Shown here: positions 1 through 27,283 of the stretch, piece after piece
Layout: each line of letters starts with the position of its first letter
Position numbering within the stretch: the first letter of the stretch is position 1
Assembly (NCBI GenBank): GCA_051362555.1
Contig: CM120644.1
Span: 23,148,534 to 23,212,533 of the forward strand
Length of the DNA: 64,000 nucleotides
Direction: 5' to 3'
Origin: Lingula anatina
Taxonomy: Eukaryota; Animalia; Brachiopoda
Made by a program: the position numbers and the translations under genes
Notes under the pieces: generated by a model
What the model was told of the DNA's origin: nothing
The model's database searches: none
Seen by the model: only the letters and a program-made list of their open reading frames with translations

Positions 1-451
1 GGAGTTGTAAAGAGGTTGTTTTTTGACGCCTATACTTGATCGGAAAGACGTAGTAATAGTGCAACTACAATTTTAAGCTTAGGCATAAAAGGGTAGTAAA
101 CCCGTAGACCCTGACCCTTCCGGTAGAGCTTTACACCGTTGAATAGGCTTGTAAAGAGAATATTCAGACCCATTTCCTGAAGAGTAAAAGAGCTGAAAAT
201 TGACTTTTTGTGCTGTGAATTGGCTGCACGTTTTAGAAAACTATAGCCTGTAGGCATATTTCCCTTTTGAGGTAATTCCAGGACAACCTATTTATAAGGC
301 TGATGTAAATTAATTTGGTTACTGTAAGGGAAAAAGTCAACCAACAATGATAAATCAATTTACTCACTGCGTCAGAAAAGATTAAGTGACTAAAACACGC
401 TTGAACGATCAGCATTTGCTAGTATGTGTCCCTTTATTTACCCCCCCCCCC

Positions 452-486
<35 letters not shown>

Positions 487-795
487 AAAAAGGGGGGGGG
501 GATAATACGATTCTTAGTCTATAGATTCTACAATTCGAATGCGCACATTCATTTTAAGTAGCATACTAATTTCCAGTGTTGTTCCTTTGTAAGTTCCTTA
601 TTTGAACGATGCAATACGTCTTTATTTGCAAATCGTTTCTGTAAGTTTTTGCACGACACTCCTGACTTGCCTCAGGTAAATATATGTACGTTGACTCTTG
701 TAAATAAAGGAAAGACACTTTACTGATAGCAACAAGTAGTAAATCAAATTGTTATATTTGCAATTGGTCTATTTCTAAATATTATGCTTTTTCAG

Positions 796-14603
<13,808 letters not shown>

Positions 14604-15082
14604 AATTCATTGCATTAGTTGTGCTACGTTGTCACTGGCTTTGTAAACGTAAATATATATTTCATTTTGAAAAGGTTTATATCCACCGATAAAATGAAAA
14701 ACACTTGAAATTAATGGCTTGATGGACCATAAACCTGCTTTTTAATTGAAAGAAAACACAGTGATTTGAACACCCAAACTTAATTGCAATTGGATTATGA
14801 TTTTGTATACGTATGTGACATTGCTCAAAACAGATATCACAGTAGGTCCTAATATCAACATTTTATGTTTGTAATTTCTGTACACAGAGTGATTTGCAAT
14901 CGGGTAACAATAAGAATTAGAGACTGAAATGTATGTTTGCCAATGGCTTCAAGAGTAGAAAAGAGTGTGATTGTAGTTGCTTGCTCGGGAAAACACAAAT
15001 TATTGTAGCATTCATTCTAATGCGTTAAACTTTTCAATCTAGATTTCAAAAATTTCGGATAGTATTTTTTTATTTCCTTTGC

Positions 15083-15128
<46 letters not shown>

Positions 15129-15406
15129 TGGCTAGTAATCAATTATGATAGAGTATACCTACAGTCTATACTGCTTTACTTAATGTTTAGAGTGTCTAAT
15201 AAAACTTTGCACAGATTGCTTCAGTGTCCATTACTTTATGTGCATTTTATATAAAATATATTTACTTGCAGTTTCACTGAACTGATCGTATAACTTGTAG
15301 AGTTAAATCGACAGAGAAAACACTGTTTAATCTCTATACACAGATTAGTTTTTTAGGTAAAAAGTAAAAATAAATATATTTCACAGACACAAAAAATAAA
15401 ATAAAA

Positions 15407-15437
<31 letters not shown>

Positions 15438-15590
15438 AGAATGCCCTTTTATAAAGCATTTTATTCAATTTTTACAGAATTACCCCCATCGTAAAGCCTA
15501 GAAAAATATGCAATCAAAGCATATATGTTAAAATCAACGTTGACAAAAATCGATAACCAATAATATAATTACATGAACATCTTATAACTA

Positions 15591-15662
<72 letters not shown>

Positions 15663-15665
<3 letters not shown>

Positions 15666-15896
15666 TGACAGTCAATGAAAACGCATCAGAAAATTTCTTG
15701 TATTTTTTCTCTTTACCGAGAATCGATTCCAACCGTATAACGAGTACAAATGCACTTGTTTGGTCATAAGAGAGTCACCTTGTTTTACTGAATAATGGGT
15801 CTTATTTCACACAAAAACTGTTATTTTCTTAATTTTCCAAAGGGACTTAAAATATTATTTGATAAATAAATGATGCGTTTTCATTGACTGTCAGTG
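15663..15896. mobile_element. Tc1/mariner-type MITE inserted at a (TA)n run
   Basis: TIR ACTGACAGTCAATGAAAACGCATCA ... TGATGCGTTTTCATTGACTGTCAGT. Confidence 0.8.
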
Positions 15897-17117
15897 TGTG
15901 TGTGTGCATGTGCGAGTGTGTGTGTGTGTGTGTGTGTGTGTATCCGTGGTATCGCTATTTTAGGCACCTGTTTATATATCATCCTTCTTTGCAAAGAGGG
16001 AAGCGACCAATATTTACTCTAAATGCCATTTTTTATCAATTATAACACTTAATACTTGCACCAATATACCTGTAGTTGACCTCGTATTAAAACTGGAATC
16101 ATATTCAAAAGCAACAAATGACACAATCCAGCTGATGCGCATAAATCTGACTTCATCACGCCTGGCGTCTAATTTGATATTCTCGCTGTTTTACTGATCA
16201 TGAGTTGTACGTAATCTTGATATGCATTAACGATGATTTCACAACACTTAATTAGTATCGCAACACTAGTTTTTAAATTCATTTCGTTTTTTCAAATGGT
16301 ATATTCATTTTCCAAGTGAACTGGGAACAAGAAAATAAAAATACCCCAACATTGTCACTGTTTCTGCAGCAGCAGATTATTATTTAAAAGTAAATATTTT
16401 TAAGAAAATGGCGCACATTCTTAGTAGCAGTGTTTAGCTCTACATCCATAGTTTAATATAATCCTCACAGCACATGAACGAGGCAAGGAATCTGAATAAA
16501 CATGTAAATAGTAACTTTCACATCTAACACTCCCTACAACAAATTAGACCCTAAAACACGTTGCTGCAATTTCCCTTGAAAAGTACATATATTGAGCAAA
16601 TAACATAAATATTGTGGCAAAAAACTACTTGTAGCATATAAATATCGAATCCCGTTATATTACTGTATTTGACAGCAAGGCACGCAGCATGACAAGTCAT
16701 TAAATACCCATTGCACATGTATTCAATCAACGTTAAACAAATGGTCAATTTGGTTTTCAAGTTAATTAAAAAAATAACAGGAAACCATGACCAGAAATAC
16801 ACTGCAACACCCGTGAAAGACGCCTAGCTTGTTGTAAATAACACGAGCGCCTACTATAATGTTGGACAAGTACTTTGTTAGCGCACACTACTCTCTCTTT
16901 ATTTATATATTTATCTTTAATCAGACATTTGTCGATACCTACAGTCCCTTATCAGTAATGTTGTGGCAATATATGAACGACAACAATTCAAAGAAAAATA
17001 GTAAATAAATAAATTACGTAAATGAAGTAAATTAAACAGCACAAAATAGTTCAACACAAAATTAAACAAACCAAACGGGAATATATATAAAGCAAGCCAT
17101 CCCATGACGTCACACAT

Positions 17118-19454
17118 CTAGTCCAGCTCCTGGAGCTCACCATTTACTATACAGAGGCGGGGCCAGAAGTAAAACCGTTTGGTGAAGGACATGGTTTCCA
17201 TGCTGGACACCTGCTGGTACTGACCTTGACCTTGGGTCTTCATACTGGCAACCCAGCTGTTCACCTGAAATACCACAAAGAGGTGAAATGTGATATAAAA
17301 TACCAGATACACTTTACCACAACAATAGCAGCAATGCAGTGATGAGTTTAATATAACATCAATCTAATATTGGACCAAAAGGTGGAAAAGAATAATCTGA
17401 ACTGCAATGGTACAATAATGATTTCTTGAAATAACAGTAAAACTCAATAATGTCTTCAAAGTATAACGACACTCAATAGTAGAATCAGTTACTACTAACC
17501 ACTATCCAATATTCAGTATCTCTCACTTTATCAAATGACTGAAGAAATTACTATTGGAATGAAACCATAACAGAGTGAATGAAGCCCTTAAACGTGCAAC
17601 GAATTCCCAATAATACAAGTCAGAAAGTCCAACCATTCTGCCTGACCTACCGAAGTAAGAAGCTCCAGAAAGTGTTTACTCCTCGCCTCCTCACTGAACA
17701 CTCTGACAATGGCGTTGATGAACCAGGACCCGTTCTCCTTATTTCTCCAGGACACGTAGTCTGAAATGAAGGGAGGTATAATTGACGAACACGATTGAAT
17801 TGAATGGAGTCAAAGGATATATTATATTGTGCATTGATTCAAAATAAAATAAAAATGCTACAAAAATTAATATCTGTCAAGATGTGGGGGAAACTAACAA
17901 GGCATTAAACAGCAACATAAGCGCCTTAATTCATTTTTTTTATTACGTAAAACATTGTTGAATAAAGTAACATATTATTTGTGTATGAAATCCCCGGCTG
18001 GTACAGTGTGTTTTGTTTTCTATATCTTAGTATTTGCCCACCTGGAGTGGTTGCCGTGGCAACGGCGATGTCACACATGTTAGCACCAAATTTGGACTCG
18101 CTTTCATTGCAACGCGCCCGCGCAGAATCAGACTGGCCGCCATCTTGTCTCATTGTTAGAGGGACGGATTCTCCCGCGACTCTACTGTCTTTCTTTGCTG
18201 GATGAAATACAGTTTTTGGTTTCAAATGTAAAGTCATCCATTTATCACCGAAATGTAATATTTTAACCAAATCGGTCTGTTTTATGCACTATTTTTCTAA
18301 TTTAATGTATATGTTGCTTGACAACAAACTTGTATTCTTAACGTCAATCAACAACTAATTTCGTTCCAAGAAAAACGTTTTACAAATAATTATAACTATA
18401 CTCTGAAAATGCACACACCATAGCTATTTAACGATGCATACAAAGTCAAAATTTTGTCACAAAAACCAACCAAATGCCAGTACATAGTTTCAAGTAGTAT
18501 AACTAAGAGAATTACCAAAAGGCATTGTTTATTTTTACCCGAAAATGATGTTTAAACGGATTTTTCTGCTGGCATTCTAAGCTGTATGTCAATGGGGCAG
18601 GAAAGTAGGTCACGAAAATAGGTTAAATTTACAACCAAAAATGTAAAGAAAGGAGCAGTCTAAAGGTCTTTTATGGCTGATCGAGTGATCAATTCAGTTT
18701 ATCCCTTGGCATGTCGAATTTATTTGAGTCATATAAGAATCTAGTAGAAGTGGTTTACATGTGTTACTGGGAATCCACGCTCCACCGATGCTCGGTTCGT
18801 ATGTACCTTTAATGTTTTTTTACTTACTTCCTTGGCAAGCCTGAATAAAAAACATTTTTGGTTTTCCCGCCAGGGCGGGGCAGCTGTCGGTGGTAAAGTG
18901 CATATACATCATACTGTAGGGCAAGCTGTAGCCATCTGTCCCATATACTGCGTTACTCATACCGTGACTCAGAATGAACACGATGAATGAATCACTAGTC
19001 CAGTGGCTAGGTTGTTTGCTCTCAGTTTCCATCACATCAAAGATTCCCTAAAATTATAACATTCAAAATGTACAGATTATAAATTATGATACACTGACTG
19101 CAAAGGTTTTAATAATACGATATATAACTGTTTTACCAATTCATATATATATATACAAATAAACGAACAAATAAACCCGCACGCACATACATGCACATGA
19201 ACAAACACAGACACGCACACACACACAAACACACTGACAATAAAACGTACGCACACACACACACACACACGTGCGCACCTGCTCACCTGTGCGGTCAGGT
19301 CATTATGCACAATAACGGTATAACTCATCTGTTCCATCAGCTCTACCAGCGCCTTGCAGTCCATTTCTGACCCGTCTCTCTTCTCATGGTGCTGGAAATT
19401 GATGTTGTTGACGATGACAGCGCGTCCACGGGGCAGGCCACAGTTTTGGTAGAC
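17118..19454 (-). CDS. Caspase (peptidase C14A) p20/p10 domain exons, QACQG type
   Basis: Catalytic SHG and QACQG; S1-pocket arginines in KRDGS and SWR. Confidence 0.95.
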
Positions 19455-21260
19455 CTGAAAGTAGAAGGAAAAATATGAGTCTTTCTAACAGTGGTATTTA
19501 CCTATCCGCACCCTTAACAACAATCTCATTTACCTGGAAAACAGTTAAATGCTGAACCATTTAAAGCAATAGGACAGGTACGTAGCGACATGTAGGGACA
19601 GAGACTAAATGCAAAGAGACGGAGGGATGGAGAAAAATCAGAGAGAGACAGAAAGAGAGAGAGAGAGGTTTATACACACATCGTCCTTGTAAGCTTCCTC
19701 CATGAACAGAGCAGGATCGGCAGCTCTCAGACATAGTGACGTCAACGGTAGTTGAGGCACGGCTAAAATCAACATATAAAGTCGAGTTAGTATCCTTGAA
19801 TTGCTCTATTGTTTGACATTACTTTTACAGGTCTCTCGTTTGGCATTTGAACGATGTGCACACTAAAATTCATGGATACGTTAACAGTACGATTTATATT
19901 ATTTTTTGATGAAACAAGTACTCTTTGGATGATAACATGATTGGCTGTTCGATTAATCTTACCTCTAGCCTGGAATTGGTCAATGCGGTCATAGGTCACG
20001 ATGTATTCCGGGTAACACTGGTCCGCCGTGAATAGGAGGAATTCCCGGAATAACTTCCTGGTATCACCTATCACGGAGTCGAAGGTCTCGTGATGGTCAC
20101 GGCAAATCTTCTCCCCACAGACGCACGGCGGTCTCCTTAATGTCTGTTGTTCCTCGCAGTAGTAGGCATTGCCGAGAAGAACGCGGCAAATCAGGATTTG
20201 GAGGTCCTCCGTTCGTCTACTGTCCATCTCGTCTGGAATAAGAATAATTCGATTAAATTTAATTGTGGTAATCCGATGGCATATAAACATATGAATAATT
20301 TAAATTTTAGTTTTTCTGAAAGACTTCTAGAGGAAAAAAAAGGTACATGTGCACATTGTCCATGTCCTAAAAAGAAATTATCACGACAACAGAAATAAGA
20401 CGTGACAATGAGAAAACTAACACGAGCAGTAGTACGCATATTTATACGAAGGCGTACTCCATGCCCACCTAGACGTACCTGCGTACTGATCCGCTTTGGT
20501 GGCGCTCTCTGACAAATAAATTGCTCGACCAAACATTCCTTTGCGAGCAATCCTGAAATCTGGCCCCATAGCACAAATAGATGGTATATTTGCACTCTTT
20601 GTTCCGTGAAACAGGTACTGTTCATTGATGTCCTCATTTAGTGTATCTAATACAGGGGATTCGGTCTCGACAGTCATGGGCTTTTTCATTGTGGGATCCA
20701 CGTAATAATAAGGTTTTAAGCGGCCCTGTGTTTGACGTAAGCGGTGCTGCCGCTTGGTAAGTTTATAACGCTCTAGTAAACCTTCGTTTTTGATGGCCTC
20801 GACTCTCTTTACCACAATAAAGGTGTGCTCAAGGTTTCGCGTGTCTCGCCCACGCCCTGTTTTCTTGCTTTGCCACGTTCCCTGAACCAGCTCCGTGACG
20901 GCGCAGAAAATCTCGGCACTCACGCCCATTGTAAAGCAAGCACTTTGGGATGGATTTGACAGGGATTCGGTGAATTTTTCGTATCTGGATTTCTTGCGTC
21001 TTGAAATGTTTAACTGACTAGATAGCGTATCTGGTAAACCTCCAAGAAGATCATAGCTAGACGTTGAGGCACCGAGGAAATCCTGAGCAGTGTAATCTGT
21101 CGAAAAAAAGACAACAAAAAAGCTATATCTAAGGTTCGGCATTATTCCTTAATTCGAATTGCCTTCGTTAATAAAACTAGTGGTTGTTTATTTTTCATAC
21201 CAAAACAAACAAAAAATAATATAAATAAATAAATAAATAAAATAATAATAATAATAATGA

Positions 21261-21311
<51 letters not shown>

Positions 21312-21818
21312 AACAAAATAATATAGATGATGGAAAAAAAGACAAGAAAGGCAACACTTATTATCAGCATTTAGGTCCATTTAACATTTGTTGTGTTTTA
21401 TTAAACGAGTCTTTAACGTTCGTACCGCCGTTTGCTCTGTGTTCCCTCCCATATCTGCGATCCTGCCTTTCCGTCACTGTAGAAGGACAAAAAGTCACCA
21501 CGTAGCAAAATAATTAAAAAGATGGATACGAAAAAAAGACGATAATTGAATGCACTCCCTGAGGTGATGGAATAAAAAAATACAAAAATTGGTGACTGAC
21601 GAATGAAATTATTATTATAATTGGATAAAACAAATGACAAAAATAGCTATCACGTACTTCATTTATCTAGAAAAATTAATACGTAGGTGATGAAATCAAT
21701 AAGAGGGTGAACAGATGAATCACTTATCATGTATACCTTCATTTTGTATTCCAGTAAACCACCTAAGAGCATTCCCCCAAATGGAATTAGTTTTCGGTCT
21801 TGCCCCTCCGGTCGCCAT
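17118..21818 (-). CDS. PARP-type ADP-ribosyltransferase-caspase fusion protein (10 coding exons, 634 aa)
   Basis: Exons 21818-21737, 21476-21426, 21096-20479, 20232-19963, 19762-19680, 19454-19287, 19047-18828, 18197-18042, 17760-17651, 17264-17118 total 1905 nt. All junctions are GT-AG and phase-compatible, with no internal stop. ART motifs: LFHGT, GMFGRAIYLSE, CRVLLG, FREF, YPEYIVTY. Caspase motifs: PRGRAVIVNN, KRDGSEMD, ILSHG, GKPKMFFIQACQG, ATTPDYVSWR..GSWFI, FTKRFYF. Confidence 0.88.
19963..21096 (-). CDS. PARP catalytic (tankyrase-like ART) domain exons
   Basis: INEQYLFHGT...GPDFRIARKGMFGRAIYLSESATKADQY | ...ILICRVLLG...FDSVIG...LFREFLLFTADQCYPEYIVTY; H-Y-E triad present. Confidence 0.92.
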
Positions 21819-22032
21819 GTCCGGGTAACAGCATACGGTCCTCTAGCACAATCCTGGCATCTAAGAAGAATGCTGTAAGCAGCTTTATGTCCTGTCCTGT
21901 AGGATGGATGACGTATTTAGCTAGCTGGAAAAATATAACCATGAACTTTTTCTGTCCCTGGATATGGTAATGTTGAACATAGTGTACAAACAGTAACAAA
22001 TGTGTTTATTCGAGTAGGATACTCCTTGTCAC

Positions 22033-22033
<1 letters not shown>

Positions 22034-22086
<53 letters not shown>

Positions 22087-23120
22087 TTATTTTAAGTCTA
22101 AAAAACTAGTAGACTTTACATAAAATATCATAAATAATACTACATAAAATATCATAAATAAAATCTAGGTAAAACAGCCATTAGCCCATACAATTAAATG
22201 CAATTAATACAAGATTTATAAAACCAATTAAGAGTTAATCAAAATATTTCCTAAAAAGGTATGTTTTGAGTTCTTTTTTAAAATGTTTGGTAGACTGAAT
22301 TGCTCGGATTTCCAGCGGTAATAGATTCCATTCCTTGGGACCTGCAGCTTTTAAAAGATATATCACCGTAGGTTTTTTATCGCATTTTTACTGGGTTGAG
22401 TAGCAATTGGTCTACAGACCGCAGATTACGCATTGGAACATAGTGACTGACTAATTCATTGATGTAAAATAAAAAGCATCGTGAGTAAAAACTAAAAATT
22501 TGAATAAAATTCTGGCTTGTAGAGGTAGCCAGTGTAAACTTTTTAAAACTGGGGAGATGTGTATACTTGTGGATGTCCGAGTTAATAATCTGGCCGAAAT
22601 ATTTTGAATGCGCTGCAGTCTAGCAATTTGTTTCTTTGGACAACCGTATAAAATGGAGTTGCAGGAATCAAATCGAGATGTAACTAAACAATTTATAACT
22701 GTGGCTGCAGCAGAGTCAGACAACTGATTGCGAATTGCACTTATGTTCCTAATGTTAAAAACCGCTGACCTGCATACACTGGCAATATGTTTGTTCATAC
22801 AAAGTGACCCATCTAAAAATACACCAAAATTTTTTGCATGAGGTGTTGGCTTAATAATGCTTGATCCAATTTTGAGCTGAATTTGTTGTGCTATCATACC
22901 ATTATGTGGCTGACTTATTACCAAAAGTTCAGACTTTCCATCGACAATTTTCAACTTATTACTAATCAGCCACCCGCGAAGATCATCAATTCATTCAGAC
23001 AATATATCAATAGATTCATTTGGATTTTCTAGATTGCAACAAGTAAAAATCTGTGTGTCATCAGCATAAATATGATAGCCAATGTTATGATGTCTTAGTA
23101 TGGCCCAATTGGTAAGGTAT
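22034..23120 (-). mobile_element. L2/CR1-like LINE 3' fragment with (TAA)n tail, related to 60520-62736
   Basis: YHIYADDTQI, LVTSRFDSCNSILYG, LHWLP; similar 3' end TTTATTTTAAGTCTAAAA. Confidence 0.88.
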
Positions 23121-23327
23121 CCATGCAAAAAATACAGACACACACACACACACGCACATGCAAACACATACATGTCTACACGCTCACGCACGCACACACA
23201 CACACAGACACGCACAGTACGCACACACACACCGCTGTAACACAAGGCTTACACTCAAAACACGTCTGCAAAAGATAATATATTAATAAAACAAAAATAC
23301 GTAAAAAAAAAAAAAAAAAACATTTAA

Positions 23328-26300
23328 GAGCGCGTCCATGAGAAAGCCAGACAGATCGGTCAGAAGGCGGCAAGGTGGGGGTCAGCAGATTTTAATAATT
23401 TTTGGTGTGGTAAACCACCAACATGAAAGATATTGTGAGCCACTGTCTTTCTTATTTTGGATCATTAGTTTTAGAGATATGGGGGAAGGTCTTTTATCCG
23501 CAATTTTGCCAAAATATATCATTTTTTAGTTATTAAAAAGATAAGTGGAAGACAGTTTTACTTTTTGGTTTTATATTTACAGAGCTGATGAATATTCATA
23601 AAACGCAGGTCAAGTTCGAAAATCAGCATGATCCGGCCATTATTGTAGAAGTTATGCTGTTTTTTCACTTTTCAGCATATATACAACACTGTAAACACAT
23701 TTCAAGGAAAACCGATAGGCCTGTTGCATGAAACGCACAGGAGTAATCAATCTTACTAAAACGCAGGTCAAGTTCGAAAATCGGCATGATCGGGTCATTA
23801 TTTTAGAAGTTATGCTGTTTTTTCACATTTCCTCAAAATCAATTCTTAGGCATGTTAACAGTCTTATTATTTGACTAATAAGATACATGAAAGTGTTTGT
23901 GTGACATTTCCTGCATCTTTACAACATTGTTAGTTGATTATGTAAAAATGATGGTGAATTTGTTAGCGTGTATTGTGTAATAAAGTGTCAAAAATGGAAA
24001 TAAACTCATATCATTGCATTTTGTCAGCTTCAATCATTCAGTATGTTCAGAATCTCAGAATGGAAGAAATTAGACATTTAACACTGTTTTATTGATATTT
24101 TTCACATCTCATTAATTTTCTTAGTTGATCTATAAAAAGTGCCGTAAAAAATGTTAATTTTGTTTTATGTTAAAAAAGTGTTAAAAATAGAAATAAACCC
24201 ATTTCAACGGTGCTTACATTTTGGCATTTTTAAGGTGTCACTTTGAAGTTCCATGGGCCTAAAAACATTTGTTAGTCATGCTTTCTGTTTGTCCATGATA
24301 CTAATATTTTATTATTAAAAATTGATGGTCATTATGCTGTTAAACATTATGTAATGTTGCATCAAAATTTGAAGAAACCCCTATTTTGGGCACTGCTTCC
24401 ATATTGTCCATTTAAGGAAAACCATGTCACTTACTGTTCTCAAACTTACAGGAAAGAAACATGGGGCCAAAATCGACTTTTTCACACATTGGCATTTTCA
24501 AGGTGTGACTTAGAACCACCACAGGGTTGAAGACCCATGCGAGTCACATTTTCTGAAAATCCATGATACGTATATTTTATTATCAAAAATTGATGGTCAT
24601 TATGCTGTTAAGCATTATGTAATATTGCATCAAAATAGAAGAAAACACAATTTTGGGAGCTGCTGCCATGAGGACCATTATGGGAAAACCATGTTACTTA
24701 TGATTGTCAAACTTTCAAAAAAGAAACACAGGACTAAAATGCAGCCTGAGTTGGAAAAACAGTCTAATTGGTTTCTTTTTCTGGAAGTTTTACATTTTAG
24801 TGAAATATTCATTACTATGGTAATGGCATATTCATTGTGGGACTCAGAGCTCCCTTGGACATGAAACCGCATGGTTATCAAATGTTCTATATGTCTATGC
24901 TACTTATAGTCAATAATTAAAAATTGGTGATCATTATTCTGTATTTTATTATGCAATGTTACATCAAAATTGACAAAAATCTGTTTTTACTGCTACTACA
25001 AACATTATAAAAAGAAAACTGTGTTATTAATTAGTATTTTTAACTTACAAGTATGTTTTAGGATTGGCATGCAGTTCAAATTAAAAAGCCAGCTCATTTG
25101 GGTTATCATTTATTATTGAATTTATGCAATTTTGTGAGAAATTTTCATTTTTCTCATTCTGGCATTTTCAAGGTGTGACTTTGAAGTTCCATTTGCTAGT
25201 CATGTTTTCTGATTGTCCATGATACTAATATTTTATAATTAAAAATTGATGGTCATTATGATGTTAAACATTATGCAATATTGCATCACAATTTGAAGAA
25301 ACCCCTATTTTGGGCACTACTCCCATGATGACCATTTAAGGAAAACCATGTCACTTACTGTTCTCAAACTTACAGGAAAGAAACATGGGGCCAAAATCGA
25401 CTTTTTCACACATTGGCATTTTCAAGGTGTGACTTAGAACCACCACAGGGTTGAAGATCCATGCGAGTCACATTTTCTGAAAATCCATGATACGTATGTA
25501 TATTTTATTATCAAAAATTGATGGTCATTTTGTTGTTAAGCATTATGTAATATTGCATCAAAATAGAAGAAAACACAATTTTGGGAGCTGCTGCCATAAT
25601 GACAGTTATGGGAAAACCATGTTACTTATGATTGTCAAACTTTCAAAAAAGAAACACAGGACTAAAATGCAGCCTGAGTTGAAATAGCAGTCTAATTGGC
25701 TTCTTTTTCTGGAAGTTATACATTTTAGTGAAATATTCATTTTTATCGTGTTGGCATATTCATTGTGGGACTCAGAGCTCCCATGGACATAAAGCCATAT
25801 GGTAACCAAATTTTCTACATGTCCATGCTATTTATAGTCAATAATAAAAAATTGGTGATAATTATTCTGTAATTTATTTTGTAATGATACATCAAAATTG
25901 AAAAAAAAAATGCACTGCTACTACAAACATTTTGAAAAGAAAACTGTGTTACTTATTATTATTATTTTTAACTTACAAGTATGATTTTTAGGATTGGCAT
26001 GCAGTTCAAATTAGAAAGCCAGCTCAATTAGGTTATTATTTATTATTGAACTTATGCAATTTTGTGTAAAATTTTCATTTTTCTCTTTCTGGCACTTTCA
26101 AAGTGTGAACTCTCATGGGCCTGAAGCCTTATGCTTGTTACACTTGTTACACATTTTACTTTCATTGGTAATACCTGTTGAGTATAAATAAAATTTGATA
26201 TTCAATTTGCAGTTAAGCATAATGTACTTTTTCATCAGAATTGACAGTAGCCTATTTTGTGCATTGTTATTTTCAGCTTTTTGTCTGTACATTTGACAGC

Positions 26301-27283
26301 TTTGCTGCCTTGTTTTAAAATTTTTCTCTCTTGCTCCCTGAAAATAAGATACATGCGCATGATGACATTGGATATGCACAGTAATAACTCATTAAATGTG
26401 GGGTGGGGGTGGGGGGTTGAATAACTTGTCACTAATCATTTTAATTTATTCAGAAGTTGTATGGCTCTGTTTGAAAATAATATTATCCGAGCAATCCTGT
26501 ATTACAGATCTCAAAATAAAAAAAAAAAACCTGCAAAAATGGGCCTCTTGATTATTTTGAGGAATTACGGTAACTGTATTTTGGGACAGAATTGATGGAA
26601 GCCATCTTGTATTTATAAAAATTGGATAGATTTGTCCTTATCAAAGCATTGTTTGAATTCCTGGCTGTGAGTCTTTGATTAAATTTGATTATTGGAAGGT
26701 ATTATCTCAAAATGTTCTGATATCTTGATTTCGGTCGTTTGCTTTTCTGGTAAAATTGCTAAAGTTTGAGGCACATTTTCAATATCTTCTGTTGTGTTTA
26801 ACACATTTTTTAAATTTTGTATGATGAGACCTACACATGCTCAGGATCCCTATACAATTTTATGGCTGTCAACCCTGCAAAAAGAGAGATATGAATGCTT
26901 GAACATTGCTTGGTAGAAAAGTAAGTTTGGGGGTGTGGGGTTATAAAAATAGGCGTGGCTCGTTAGTTTGTGGGTTAAACTGAAATTAAGTAACATGTTC
27001 TCAATGGCAAATGGCTGGTTTAAATAAGTAAATTATCAATTTTTTTTTAAATTCATCAATTGTGACATATTTGCTTATGAAGTGGCTTGACCGAAGCTGA
27101 AAATCAAGCCAAAAACGGCCAAAATATTTAATATTATATTGTAATTATATCCAATTATTTCTTTTGGGATTGTTGCCTTCAATGTGAATATCTCCTATGT
27201 GTGCAACTATATTATGAATTTGGTTGAAATCTGTTGACCCCACATCTTGCCACTCTCCGACTTGTCTTATCATGGACACACAC
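23328..27283. mobile_element. ~4-kb non-autonomous DNA transposon with TTAA TSD (Kolobok-like) and internal ~925-bp tandem duplication
   Basis: Left TTAA|GAGCGCGTCCATGA..GGCAAGGTGGGGGTCAGCAGATT; right AATCTGTTGACCCCACATCTTGCC..TCATGGACACACAC|TTAA; internal repeats ~24220-25160 and ~25160-26110; no transposase ORF. Confidence 0.72.

Noticed and set aside
24625-25809. Duplicated short ORFs (HQNRRKHNFGSCCH...)
   Set aside because: They arise from the internal tandem duplication of the TTAA-flanked element; there is no coding signature.
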